From Tricharina praecox (taxonomy: Eukaryota): a stretch of DNA of 64,000 bases. Positions 24,828 through 36,774 of this stretch are shown here, one piece after another; the stretch's first letter is position 1; every line of letters starts with the position of its first letter. The DNA lies in NCBI RefSeq assembly GCF_024521635.1, contig NW_026250447.1, positions 62,001-126,000 on the forward strand. Direction: 5' to 3'. The notes beneath the pieces are model-generated. The model did no database searches. It was not told the DNA's origin and saw nothing but the letters and a program-made list of their open reading frames with translations. Both the position numbers and the translations under genes were made by a program.

Positions 24828-26363
24828 TCACTGAGATTGCCCGGAACCACACACGTGTGCGAGCCTAACTTCAGCCTCCTTGAAGCAATGTTCCAACGTC
24901 GACCTTATTATTTCAGCCCTCCCGGTCATATGCCATAGCCCGGAGTCGTGGCTACATTTTTCGACGAGTATGACAACCGTATCCGTGGGAATGCTCATAC
25001 AGGACATGATATTTATCACTCTCTGCGTCCCAACGATGACCGCATGTGTTCCCGGCGTCGTCCCTGTGAAGAGTATCTCCGAATCCGCACCAGCCGCACG
25101 TCCTTCACTGTCGAGGAACTCCACCGATCCCACGCCTTCCGCAGTCATCGCGGCTCGAACCCTTGCCATCGGTAGTACTACCGTTAGCGTCCCGCTATCG
25201 TCAAGAACGCCGCCGGGTGCATCCGACATGACCACGTTGATCTGAACCCCAAAAGCACTGTCGAGCTCCACAAACTTTCCATCCGCAGTTCGATGGCCGG
25301 CGCTGTCGACCGTACACGCATTCGGAAATTGCGGCGTTGGCAGCGTATTCGTAGCGGATGCGAGGATCCAGTTCGCGCGGCCGCCCTTGGCCAGAATGGC
25401 CTGCGCCAGCCCGATCGTGGCAGCTTCCCGCGTTCGATATCTGGCCGGGTCCAGCTTCACACCGAAGAGTGCCATGGTGCTGAAGACCATGTCGATGGGG
25501 CGCTTCGATGTCCGCAACAGCGCACTGCGCCATATGAAATCTTCCCTCGCGTCCACATCGTCATCACAGTGAAAGATACCCATGAGCGCGTTTACCAACA
25601 GGTCTGCGGTGGCGTTGCCGCGAAAGATGCTGACAGGGTAACTGCGAACCTTCGGATCCCCTTCGCACCGCTGATCGATCTTCCCCATTACCGATGCGAT
25701 CAACATGTAGAATATAGGCATTCTAGCGCTTCTTCCTTTTTCAATCGTGAAGACTTGGGAATTACCGCTGGACATTGTGTATTCCAACTGTTCCCGGTCA
25801 AAGCGGAACACGCAGTTCGCCGACGGGGGGGCCACCGCCTCCTGCAGCGTCCACGCTCTGAGGATCCAGTTGGTTTCCTCCTCGAGCACCACCAGCCGCT
25901 GGAGACCCCCGGGGAAGATCAGACACGTCCGGCAGGCCCGGTAGATGTCGCCCATGTTCATGATCTGCCAGTCCTTGTCGTCGCGGACGGCCTGCATGAT
26001 GCACAGCCGGTCGAGCCATAGGTACTCGGCGCCGAGGTCACGCGCGGCAAACGCCGCCGTGCGCAGCAGGTCGATGCTGATCGGATCGATGTCGGCGCCT
26101 TCCATCGCGCCGACTACGTGGAACGTCTCGAGACAGTCCGGAGCGCACGCATGCGCTTTCCCCTTCCACACATATGATATCGTGGCGTAGGCAATGTCGC
26201 CGATGCTGGGCTTGTCGGACTCGACGATTCGAAGGTGGAAATCGATCAATGCGGCGACTTCGATCCACCGGAACCGGCGAGGAGTCGCGCAGTGGGTGAT
26301 GTCCACCGTACTGTTCGAAAGCTTGCGAAGCGGCTCATAGTAGATCTCTTTTCTTCGAGACAT
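24828..26363 (-). CDS. HET-domain (heterokaryon incompatibility, PF06985-type) protein, copy 1, 511 aa, intronless
   Basis: YATISYVW, YLWLDRLCIMQ..DDKDWQIMNMGDIY and WILRAWTLQE motifs. Start at MSRRKEIYYEPL chosen by alignment with the paralog. Confidence 0.92.
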   Translation of the reverse strand: MSRRKEIYYEPLRKLSNSTVDITHCATPRRFRWIEVAALIDFHLRIVESDKPSIGDIAYATISYVWKGKAHACAPDCLETFHVVGAMEGADIDPISIDLLRTAAFAARDLGAEYLWLDRLCIMQAVRDDKDWQIMNMGDIYRACRTCLIFPGGLQRLVVLEEETNWILRAWTLQEAVAPPSANCVFRFDREQLEYTMSSGNSQVFTIEKGRSARMPIFYMLIASVMGKIDQRCEGDPKVRSYPVSIFRGNATADLLVNALMGIFHCDDDVDAREDFIWRSALLRTSKRPIDMVFSTMALFGVKLDPARYRTREAATIGLAQAILAKGGRANWILASATNTLPTPQFPNACTVDSAGHRTADGKFVELDSAFGVQINVVMSDAPGGVLDDSGTLTVVLPMARVRAAMTAEGVGSVEFLDSEGRAAGADSEILFTGTTPGTHAVIVGTQRVINIMSCMSIPTDTVVILVEKCSHDSGLWHMTGRAEIIRSTLEHCFKEAEVRLAHVCGSGQSQ

Positions 26364-27345
26364 CGAGTTTGCGTGGTGAAGATTGAATCCCGAGTGCTTA
26401 ACGGCTAAGGACGACACCACGGAAAGTGCGGCTGCGGGGTATACGCGTGTTTCTTGTGAAGCGGGGTAACGCGGGGTTCGAGAGTGCATACTAGCCCTCT
26501 CCTACTGCATATGCGTGCATACGAACCGAATCGACTCGAGGTATCATAACTTGGCCCGCATCCGGCCTCAATTGTCATGTACTGACGTACAGCCGCTGCT
26601 TGGCGTCAAAGTAGTACCTAATGATTCCTCAGCTGTACCTGACGGTATTGTACGGTATTGCGCTCCACACTAGCGGGAAATTAACAAGTCCTGAGAATAC
26701 AATGCTTGTCGTTACTTCCTGAGACGGAGCGATGCTGCGATAGTGTGATATTTAGTGACTATCTAGTGTTATCTATGCTCGGGCTAAATCACCGGAAATC
26801 TGAAGCCAAACGGTATTCAACGCCGCACCACACAGCTGCCGCTGTCTTTGATCGAGATCTCCATATGTATATGGAGTAAATTTGTATGCTAGCAGGATGA
26901 TCTCCGCTCTTGGCCGGCGCTAATTACCTGAGTATCCGCTTCTTCGGATGTGCCGGCGCACACAGCTGTCAATATAGTCCAATATTAAGTAACTTCTTTC
27001 GGAGGAATTGTGCAGTTGAGTTGGGGTGTAAGTGGGGGATGATATTAGTGGGATTTCCAATTTCGAACTCCAACTTCAGAAAACTCGTTTTTACAATTTC
27101 CGGGTTGGGTGGGATTACATTTTCCGAGTGTATTTTTTTCCACAACTGTGATCATGCCCGCACTCCCCACTGTTCAACGGCGGAACTGGGTGATCATTTG
27201 CGCTGGGTTGTCAGGTATTATGGTTACCAGCCGGTATTTTATCCACTGGTCGTCAGCGAGCGAGAATACGTAGCGAACGAGCAAAATTGTGAGTGGGAAT
27301 GGAGAGTGGGAATAGTGGGTGAGAACGGTGAGCGATAATGGAGTG

Positions 27346-27480
27346 AGAGAGAAAGAGAGAGTGTGTGTGTAATCTTCAATTTATTGATAATGAGGTGAGA
27401 GAGAGAGAGAACATCAATTTGTTTCGCATGCAGCCTTACTAGACTATGGCGAACCAACGCAGTCCTTTTCCTGCCCGCCC
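27346..27480 (-). mobile_element. LINE 3'-end fragment(s), family B with (TC)n tail
   Basis: Reverse complement gggcaggaaa..ttcgccatagtctagtaaggctgcatgcgaaacaaattgatgttctctctctc matches 37045-37186, 43996-44133 and 45477-45545. A second tail-like aataaattgaagatt motif lies at ~27370-27386. Confidence 0.75.
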
Positions 27481-27569
27481 AAGCTAGTCGAGGTGAAAGC
27501 CCCGGTATCGATGAGTCCGATGCATCGCCCCACTTCCCCTGCACATCTACCTTAGGCCGACACAAGCAA

Positions 27570-28160
27570 ACGGAATGGAGAATGAGAATAGCGAGTGAGA
27601 ATAGAGAACGAGAACATCGAGTGAGAAGAGTGAGAACAGCTAGCGACAACAGTGAATGAGAAGAGTGTCTAAGAAAGTAAGCGAGAATAGAGTTGAGAGA
27701 GTAGTGAGTGAGAACACTGAGCGAGAGAATCGAAAGGGAGAATGGCGAGCGAGAATAACGAGGAATAAAATGAGTGAGAACAATGAGCGAGAGAGAGATA
27801 GTAATGAGTAAGAATATGGAGTGAGAATAGTGAGTGAAAATAGCGAACGACTATGTTGAACGAGGATGATGAGTGAGAATGGGAACGCAAATAGCTGGTG
27901 AGAATAGCAAGTATGAATCGCGAGGGAGAATCGTGAGTGAGAATAGTGAGTGAGAATAGGAACGAGAATAGTGAGCGGGAATTGGGAGCGTAGGAGAAAG
28001 AATAGTGAGTGAGAATGATAGTTCAGTAAGAATGGAGAGGTAGAATGGTGGGTGAAGATAGTGAACGAGAATATGTAGTGAGTAAAAGTGAGAGAGAATA
28101 GCCAGCGAGAATAGTGAGCGAGAATACGGAGTATGAAAAGTGAGTGAGAAAATGAATGAA
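27570..28160 (+). repeat. Purine-rich degenerate satellite, ~13-nt unit GAGTGAGAATAG(T/C), block 1
   Basis: Dozens of imperfect GAGTGAGAATAG/GAGCGAGAATA units with extreme A+G strand bias. Confidence 0.9.
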
Positions 28161-28684
28161 AACGGTCCGCCCGGTCGGCCGACCATTGCGCCCGGCGACG
28201 CGGTCCCATCTGGGGCGAGGAATTGCCGGACCCGGGCGGTCCTGATGAAAGGTTCCCGGAACCCGAGTGGGGCCCCGAATTTTAGTGGGAAGTCGGCTAA
28301 CTAGTGTGCGAGCGGCCTCGGCTACCCGGAAACCGAGATTTGATCATTAGTTCGGTGAAAATTTTGCATGGCGACAGGAAGCCGGTGGAGAAAATCATTC
28401 TTCGGAGCTGAAAAGTCTATGCTCGTGTAGATTGCTGTGGGGAGCGATCGCCGATGAGGTTGAAGTGAGGCGACACAGTTCATACCGCTGCATCATCACC
28501 GCCACAATACGGCATCGCCACAGCCGTCAAATCTCCGGGCCCCGATGGATTATGGGACTCCAGTCCTCCTCAGGCTTGCCGGGAGAGCTGCAATCCTTCA
28601 TTTTTCGGGCCCCACAGATTCGGTCCCATAACGGGCATAGCGGGCATAGCAATGGGCGGACTACACGCCTTATTCACAGACCTG
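28160..28684. mobile_element. Probable degenerate MITE/DNA-transposon remnant interrupting the satellite
   Basis: Abrupt GC-rich block. Left gtccgccc..cattgcgcccg is an imperfect inverted copy of right cgggcatagcaatgggcggac. The right end ttattcacagacctg (rc CAGGTCTGTGAATAA) resembles a TIR. Confidence 0.4.
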
Positions 28685-29350
28685 GCGAGAATATTGAGTA
28701 AGGATAATGAATGAGAATAGTGAGTGAGGAACGTAAATGAGAATAGGGGGCGAGCCCGATAATTGTGAATGAGAGTGACGAGCGAGCATGGTAAGGGAGA
28801 ATAGTGAATGAGAATAGTGGGCAAGAATAGTGAATGAGATTAGGGAGTGAGAACGGAGAGTGATAATAGTAAATGAAGATGGTAAGTGAGAATAGGGAGA
28901 GGGAGAATGGACATTGGATACAGTGAGAATAAGGAGGAAGAATAATGAGTGAGAACAATGAGCGAGGATAGTGAATGAGAAGAGTAAGAAAAGTAGGCGA
29001 GGATAATTGTGAGTGAGAATGGAGAGTGAGTATAGTGAATGAGAAAATTGGGTAAGAAAAGGGAGTGAAAATCGTGAGGGAGAACAGCGAGTAAGTTGCA
29101 ACAACAGCGAGTGAAAATAGCAAGCGAGAATAAGGAACGACAACGACGAGTGAGAGCAGGGACGAGAATAGCCAGTGAGAATAATCAGTAAGAATAGGGA
29201 GGGAGAACAATGAGTGAGGATAGCGAGCCAAGATAGTGAGTGAGAGTACTGAGTGAGAACAATGAACGAATTCTTGAGCGAGTACAATTATGAGTGAGAA
29301 TTGGGAGAGTGAGAATAGCGAAGGAGAGAGAGAGAATAGGGAGTGAGAGT
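28685..29350 (+). repeat. Purine-rich degenerate satellite GAGTGAGAATAG, block 2
   Basis: Same unit and strand as block 1. Confidence 0.9.
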
Positions 29351-29765
29351 ATCCATGACTCGTGAGATTAGTAGGCGTGATTTCCTTCAATCCCCAAGTC
29401 TTCTTATCCACACCTAAGCTGTTCACCCATACATCCGGTACCTGCTGCCACCGTCATGCGAACCATATCATGACATCGCTGGGCATGAGCGATCGGTGAA
29501 CTCCATACCGAACCGAATCGAGCCCATAGACACATTGACTGCTATAATCATGTAACCGTCACGCTTCAAAGCTTTCCGCATCCGCCGGGCCGGAAAACTT
29601 AGGCCCGCTATCAGCATGGTCAGACTCACAGGCCGGGGACAGCGTTGATAGTTCCGCCTAACGGCTGCAAGGCCGCCCGACGTTGGAACGACTCTACTGA
29701 TCAAAACTACGTCGTGATGTTTGTTTCAGTACACAGAGCAATCTGATAGCCCCCTAAGCATAGAC

Positions 29766-29837
29766 GGGGGTGTGGTTTAGTGGTATAATTCCTCTTTAGC
29801 ATAGAGGCGGTCCAGGGTTCGATTCCCTGCTCCTCCA
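29766..29837 (+). tRNA. tRNA-Ala (anticodon AGC), intronless
   Basis: GGGGGTG acceptor / CTCCTCC-A with a G3:U70 pair; D arm TGGTTTAGTGGTATAAT; anticodon arm CCTCT-TTAGCAT-AGAGG; T arm CAGGG-TTCGATT-CCCTG; downstream T-tract. One acceptor-stem mismatch (T6:T67). Confidence 0.93.
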
Positions 29838-31023
29838 GTCTTCCTTTTGCATCTTCCATGAAGCAGATTCTTCTTTTATTTATGTTTCCAGATGTGGTGA
29901 CGGTTTTCTGTCTCTACTGGATATGCGCTCGCACTTTTGTCTAGGATTTTGCGCACTGTGGAGGCCTGAGACTGGCGGTGTAACCAGTTCACCCTTTTTC
30001 GTGCTACTAGCGCCCGTTAGCGTCTAGTTATAACTCGCCGGAGAATCTTACGTAGACATATGTTCCCACGGTCTGCGGGCATGGAGCCTGAACACATGGA
30101 GTTGGGAATGGTGGGGAGAAAAGAGTGTTCGTGTGCAGGGGCATCACAGACGTCGTGGTGCCTTTGTACGTACATAATACCCCCATCAATACCGCGTTTT
30201 TTGTTTGCACATATGTACTGAGCTGTCGGAGAAACTGGTGTCTGATACTTGGCTATGTACCAGTCTACCAGAGGAACGTGTGTCTGACCAGCTAGTACTC
30301 GAAACTTTTCCTTCGCGGCAAACAATTCCAAGCCCTCTGAGTCACGCTGGCGGTTCTGGTATTCTCTGCGTATGATAGGAAAGCGGTCATTGTCGACGAT
30401 ATCCCGGGGCCGGTCGATTCCGCATCACAACCTCTCACCACGTTGTTGCAAGCTTCTGTTCTGCGGCGCCACCAAGAAATGTCAGAGCTGAGGTCGCACG
30501 TGAGCTATTCCAAGCACGGCCGGGAAACATGGTTTTATCCGTGGCTTTCGATTTCCTTTGTATGTGCTGGAGATGATTTCGACCGCATAATGCACCGTAA
30601 AGACACCTTCAAGGTGGTGGGCATGCATCAATTGTGCAGCCGGCAAAGCTGAGCTCAGCTGAGCTGAGCGTCGATGCGACGCGACGTAGGGTGTATAGTG
30701 TGTGAGATTTCGCTTAGGTGTAGAGGGTGGTTTCACAAGGGTAAGCACCCGGAAAATTGAGCTAAATTTCAGAGCGGAGGTGTCTGTAGACTTTCAAACT
30801 GTCCACCACACGCGGGAGACGGTCATGCACTCACAGCTGAGAACCCCGCCCATTGAGCGATACCCCCACTCCCCTCAGCTCGAAGGATGCATCTACCCCG
30901 CTCGCTCGAGGGGTACAGATACCCCGCAGTCCCCGCAATCCGTGGAGCCCACCGCGCACGCTACGGCTTCGAAGCTCAATCCTTGGACGACATATCATAT
31001 TCCACCCGTTTCCTCGCCTCACG

Positions 31024-32559
31024 ATGTCCGCAAGAAAACAGATCTACTATGAGCCGCTCCACAAGCTTTCCAAAGGCATCATTGATCTCACCGGCTGCGC
31101 AACCCCCCAGCGGTTCCGCTGGGTCGACGCCGCTGCACTAGTCGACGACAATTACCTCCGCATCGTCGAGTCCGACCAGACCGACGAGTCTGCCCTCGAC
31201 GAGATCCCCTATGCGTCGATATCGTACGTGTGGAGGGGCGAGGCGCACGTGTGCGATCCCGGGTGTCTCGGGACCTTCCGCGTGGTCGGCAAGCGGGGGC
31301 CGACGGCAGATCCGATCAGCATCGACGTACTGCGGACGGCGGCGATAGCGGCGCGCGACCTCGGCGCGGCGTACCTATGGCTCGACCGGCTGTGCATCAT
31401 GCAGGCCGTCCGCGACGACAAGGACTGGCAGATCATGAACATGGGCGACATCTACCGGTGCTCCACGACGTGTCTGATCTTTCCCGGCGGGGTGCAGCGG
31501 CTCGTCGCGCTCGACGAGGAGACCACGTGGATTCTCCGCGCGTGGACGCTGCAGGAGGCGGTGCTGCCGCCGCGGGCGGAGTGTGTCATCCGCTTCGAGC
31601 ACATCATCGTGGAGGCGATATCATCCGGCGGCGACCCCAGCGTCTACCCGGTCGAGGCGAAGCGCAGCGGCCGGATACCGCTGCACTCGCTGCTGCAGCT
31701 GTCGATGAGCGGGCGCGTCCACCACCGCTACGAGGGCGACGCGGAGATGGGCGAGTACCCCGTGACCATCTTCGGCACGAGCACGACGGCGGTGCAGCTG
31801 CGCACCGCGCTCTTGGGGATCTGGCACTGCGGCAGCAGTGACCCCGACGGGCGCGAGAATTACATGTGGCGCAGTGCGCTGCTGCGCACCACCAGGGACG
31901 ACGTCGATAACGTCTTCAGCGTCATGGGCCTGTTCGACATACGGCTGGACCCGGCGAAGTACCCGACCCGCGAGACCGCCGCCATCGGCCTGGCCCAGGC
32001 TATCCTTGCTAGGGGCGGCCGCGCGAACTGGATCATGTCCGCCAACTCGAACACGCTGCCGCTTCCGAAGTTCCCGAAAGCACAGCTAGCCGGCAGCGGC
32101 CTCGAGGGGCCCGCGGTTGAGGAACTCGAGAACTTTCATGCGTTCGGGGGAAATTTCAACGCGGTGTTGGTGGATACTCCGACAGGCTCTCTTGCCGACG
32201 ATGGAACGCTGAAGATGTCGCTACCCATGGCGCGTGTTCGCGTCGTGACCTCGGAGGAGGGCGAGGAACACGTGGAGTTCCTTGATAGTGAAGGCAACCC
32301 TACTGGAGCGAAGACTGGCTTCTCAGGCGCGCCGGGAACTCATGCGCTCCTCGTCGGGAAGCTAGTAGCAGTGCACTTTGTGGCCGTGTGGCAACTTGCT
32401 ACGGATACGGCGGTGGTACTGGTCGAGAAATGTGGTCGCAAAGATGGGATGTGGCATCGAACGGGCGTTACTGATGTGGAACGATCCGAGGTGGCGCATT
32501 GCTTCAAGGACGCTGCTGTGGCGTTTTCACTCAAGTGTTGTGACGATCGAGCCCAGTGA
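31024..32559 (+). CDS. HET-domain protein, copy 2, 511 aa, intronless
   Basis: MSARKQIYYEPL start; YASISYVW, YLWLDRLCIMQAVRDDKDWQIMNMGDIY, WILRAWTLQE; colinear with copy 1 to the C-terminus. Confidence 0.92.
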   Translation: MSARKQIYYEPLHKLSKGIIDLTGCATPQRFRWVDAAALVDDNYLRIVESDQTDESALDEIPYASISYVWRGEAHVCDPGCLGTFRVVGKRGPTADPISIDVLRTAAIAARDLGAAYLWLDRLCIMQAVRDDKDWQIMNMGDIYRCSTTCLIFPGGVQRLVALDEETTWILRAWTLQEAVLPPRAECVIRFEHIIVEAISSGGDPSVYPVEAKRSGRIPLHSLLQLSMSGRVHHRYEGDAEMGEYPVTIFGTSTTAVQLRTALLGIWHCGSSDPDGRENYMWRSALLRTTRDDVDNVFSVMGLFDIRLDPAKYPTRETAAIGLAQAILARGGRANWIMSANSNTLPLPKFPKAQLAGSGLEGPAVEELENFHAFGGNFNAVLVDTPTGSLADDGTLKMSLPMARVRVVTSEEGEEHVEFLDSEGNPTGAKTGFSGAPGTHALLVGKLVAVHFVAVWQLATDTAVVLVEKCGRKDGMWHRTGVTDVERSEVAHCFKDAAVAFSLKCCDDRAQ

Positions 32560-33320
32560 TCTGGCGGGAGGGGAAAGGAGGGGAAAGGAGGAGAAGTGGG
32601 GGTCGGGAAGGTCTGGTAGGTCTCAATGGAATGTCCGCGAATAGTCTCTACCTGATAGTGCGTGTTTCTCTTGCTGTGCCGTTTCAGCATGACTTCTGTA
32701 GGCGAAATGGTGGATCGCGAAAAGGTTCCGTTCCCAGCCGCTGTACGCCGGAGGCATAACATCATGATGAAACGAGGTGGAAAAACTGACGTCTATTTCT
32801 GCCTGCCACTGCGACGAATAGTCCACTAGAGACTCATATCTACCGGTAGATATCCCATTCGGCTTCACCAACCACTTTAAACTTCAGCGAGTCTAGTGTC
32901 GTCACGTGCTGACGCATCAATCCCACAGGTCATCACCTGAGTAACGCTGACTTTGGGTAAGGCGCAGTTACATGACTGATGCTTCGCACTCACTCTAAGA
33001 GGGACGCGAAATCGGCTTCGCGTCATCGGTGAGCACGAGAGAGAAGAGACCTTGTTGAGACCTTGTATTTGGAAGGAGAGATCTTGCAATGACCTGGTGT
33101 GACCTAGATGCTATGAAGATGGGACCCGATGCAGACTAGATGCGGTCGTTGAACTTTGAATTGTTTCTGTTGTCACTAATTCTGCTCTTGCAATTCGTCT
33201 TGCTTTCTAATAATCATCGTAAACTTAGACCTCTTTTCAATTGCTCACGGGTTTGCCTCTCACCCGTTCTTGGGTCTCTCAACATCAACCTCCGAGGTGG
33301 CACACAACACCAGTCCTTGG

Positions 33321-35078
33321 TTAGAGCTCCACAGTCGAACACGGCGAATACCCTCCCCCCCGTTCGCCCCCCGCAACGGCAATTCCTACGCCTCCCGCCC
33401 GGATTATAAGTCGTGGCCACTCGAGCCACGGACTCCACTCCTCGCTCAGATATTCCTCCCACCGTGTCAGCTCAAACAGCGCGCTCCCCCTGACCCACCA
33501 AAACTCCTCTAGCAGCGAGAGCAGCGTGCAGTAATGCACGAAGATGACGAGAGCGCGTGGGCGACGCTGCTCGAGCAGCTCCACGAACCTGGCGGCGACA
33601 GACGTCGGCCAGCGGAAAACCGCGCTGACAACCGAGTCCCACAGGTGGATAGTAGCGAAGGACCTGCGCAGATCCGCAATGGCATTGAAGTACGCCGTCG
33701 CGACCTCCGTGTCCGCGATCTCCTCCCCGTCCGGCAGCGTGCGGTCTGTACACAGCTGGAACAACCGCTGGAACACGAGCTCGGTCGCAGGATCGAGGCG
33801 CTCCGCCGACGCGGCCGTGGCGGTGCACGTGTGCGCCGCGGAATGCTGCAGCATTGGCGAGAGCGGCCCGCTGCGCACACAGGCCTCGTCCTGGCGGAGG
33901 ATGCACGACACACCGCGGAATAGAGGCACCCAGGCGGTGTACACGGGGCGACTGTGGCCGCCGAGCCGGCGTGGTGAGGTGTGCGATGCGGAGAAGGAGA
34001 AGATCGCGATTAGACTGGCGGTCGCGAAGACGGCGTCGCAGTTCGTTTCCGAGAGGTGCGCGAGGCTGCCGGATAACCCGCGCACGGCGCGCGAGAGGTG
34101 TTGCGACGCGGAAGAGAGGTAGCGCGTGCGTGCGCTGCGGTCGCGGTCTTTGGTGTGGAGGTGCATCGCGGAGACGGCGAGTACCGCGCTCATGAGGAAT
34201 GGGTGGCGGACGGCCAACGCGGGGATGTTAATGCGCCAGAGTTGCTGGATTGCCGCGCGGTTGCTCACGGTGCTCCAGGTGGCGATTGTCCAGTGGTGCA
34301 TCAGAGAGAGGTCGACCGGATTGAGATTTTTTAGGTCCGTTGTTGGGATCCCGAATTGGCTGAAGGAAGGCGGTATAAGTTGGCTTTCTGATATTGCGAA
34401 GGAGGGTGACGACAGCCGCATTACTGGCGATCGAGATGACAATGCTTGATTGCGCGACTCTTTGCCGTCGATATCATGGAAAAGGAGATCATGCACAGTA
34501 TTACCAGTGATGCTCTTTCTACCGTTTCGGGTCTTGGAGGATAGTGGTACTGAATGTGTCTCTGATGATCCGTCCGGGACATGGCAAAGGTCATCTACGA
34601 ACGGCGGATTCCAGAGGTAAATCTGCGACGGTGCAGGAGAAAACGGGTTTCCAGAAACAATCAGCTGCGGCGCCCGCATGTCCGACGGAGTCACCTGTCC
34701 TGCGGTAGAAACCCGCGGAGTCGACTGAAGCTCCCGGGAAACAGCTTGCCGCACTTCCGGCGACAGTGCGAAATCGCAGGCGACGGCATGCTTGGTGCAG
34801 TTACCGCACGAAGGGCGGGTCTCATCGCACTACAGGGAAACGATCGGTTAGCAGATGTATGCTCGGGAATACTATATACCGCCGCTGTTCCGGTAGCTTT
34901 AGCCCAGTTTCGGAGCGTGTTGTATTCGAACCGACGCCGATTTGTTTTGCGGTTTATCCGTACGCGCACCCCTTCCACCACCGAGTACGTGACGTATGCA
35001 AGTAAGTACCTTTATTCTGCGCTTCCTGCACCTCTGACATCCCGTCCGCGACTTCGTGTGTGATCTCCGGGGAGCCAT
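33321..35078 (-). CDS. Zn2Cys6 transcription factor, UPC2/sterol-uptake-regulator-like
   Basis: MAPRRSHTKSRTGCQRCRKRRIK|CDETRPSCGNCTKHAVAC (intron 34830-35009); LMHHW..HPFLMSAVLAVSAMHL fungal TF domain; C-terminal WSPWLEWP. Confidence 0.92.
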
Positions 35079-36774
35079 TTTCTTTTCGTCGTCCGACACG
35101 CCGGCGCACCCGGTATCCGTTTCTTGAGTCGCCAAGAAGAGAAAAACAAGTCGCTATGTGTGAAGAGAGTCGAGATGGTGATTCTGCGAGAGGATTTTGT
35201 CGGCAAAGCTGGGGGTTTGATGGTACTCTGGAAGGGACCATACAATACAGAGCAAGGGAAATCGGCGGTGTTCCTTGGGCCGGTTCCTTGACCGGACACG
35301 AGTTCCTCCGAACGTTCCGGGATCCACGCTTACATGATCCTTTAACCATTCGCCGGCATGGTGCAGCATGCACCGCCGACCTGCGGTTACGTTTACTCCG
35401 TTGGGCCAATCCGGGGTAAGGCCGGGCAAAGCTAGGTATCGAAAACGGAGGGATCACTGAGACGTATGGGATTCTAAATACTCCTTGGTACAAATTATAG
35501 CTGTTATATAACGAAGTACCTAGGCAGAAGAAGATAATGGTATTCGGTAGAGCAACAATATCGTAAGCAACGAGCTCTCTCTATATAACTACAAGCTTCA
35601 TAGACCAGAAAATATCTGCATCGATCCCTTCGGAAGTTGGGTCTTCCGGGCTCGGATACCCTGCTAGGATCTCCGGACGTCCCATATTCTAACAAAAGCG
35701 GAGCTGTGGACCCCGCACACAACTAGCGATGCAAAACCGATTGAGCATTTCCTACAGGTCGATAGACGGGGTCCTTCCAGGCCAGGAAGCGTATTCTTTT
35801 GTCCATTATTCGATTGTAGCGTTGGTTGGCGCGTTGAACTTTGAAGTTGTCGACAGTAATGGCGGAGCGGTGAGGACAATTCCAGTGCTCAACACCTGCT
35901 GGTTTCCGACTCCCGAACGAGGTGGCTAAGCGAGGAGTGCACGCCATGATCTACATGCATCATGGTTAAACGAACGAACGAGCAAACATGGCGGCCAAGC
36001 AAGACCGGCTACGGCATATATCTCCGAGAGTGAGTCGAGAACGACGGCATTGCCAGTGACAGGCTATCTCTCGCTGTGCGCGCCACTAAGCGACTCGCGA
36101 ACGGCGACGGCGCCTATGCTCCAGCCGCCGTTGGGTGCGTGAGAGATGATCAAACAAACGATGTCAGAGTCGTTAGGAACTAATTACGACGAGGGGCGTG
36201 ATATGGCCCGGGAGCAGCGCCGAGACCGGCCCGTTTTGCCAGAGTTGGCTACCTCTCCTGTATGATCCTACCGTACGGTAGGTATCGACTTGAAAGCCTC
36301 AATCACCAGGGGCTGAGATGGTTAAACAGACTTGCGGAGCTGCGACGAACATATTACAGTCGGCGGCTCTGTTGGCTCTGTGGCGAAGGCTTTTGCGACT
36401 CCAGTAAAAACGACCAGCTCATGAGTGGAAAAATCGCCTACCGCCCGGTCATTAAAAATCAAGTTTCAAAGCGTGTAGCACTAAGTACGGCCTTACCTGC
36501 GACAGTGCAGAAGTCGGCTAGTTGCCGAGTGATTGAGTGATAAAGAGCCAGTAAACAATCGAGCGCGGGAACTGAGATCGCATGTAGTGTGCTAATTATC
36601 AGCCCGAAAAGGGCATGGCAATGGCTATACACCCCCGGCTCACCTACATACGTTTTGTGGCGCGGAGTGAGAAGAGAACCGATTTAGTCAATTCGGGGGT
36701 AAAGAGAGATCTAATGCCTAGATGCTTACACGTTTGGATGCTTGGGTACAGGACGACGGGCAACTTTGGGTTTA

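Noticed and set aside
28242..28290. CTGATGA followed by a small stem, as a hammerhead ribozyme
   Set aside because: No GAAA core after stem II and no convincing stems I/III.
27640..29426. Long Ser/His/Leu-rich minus-strand ORFs (189-250 aa)
   Set aside because: By-products of the pyrimidine-rich satellite strand, which has few stop codons; open in several frames, no domain.
29766..29837. tRNA as the integration site of a Starship or other integrative element
   Set aside because: No tyrosine-recombinase captain gene and no duplicated tRNA fragment or direct repeat seen in the window.
30017..30650. Possible gene remnant between the tRNA and HET copy 2
   Set aside because: Short stop-interrupted ORFs with no motif I can identify.
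33472..34449. Antisense/alternate-frame ORFs overlapping the TF (likewise over the HET, transporter, tyrosinase and PAF1 genes)
   Set aside because: Shadow ORFs caused by high GC3 codon bias.
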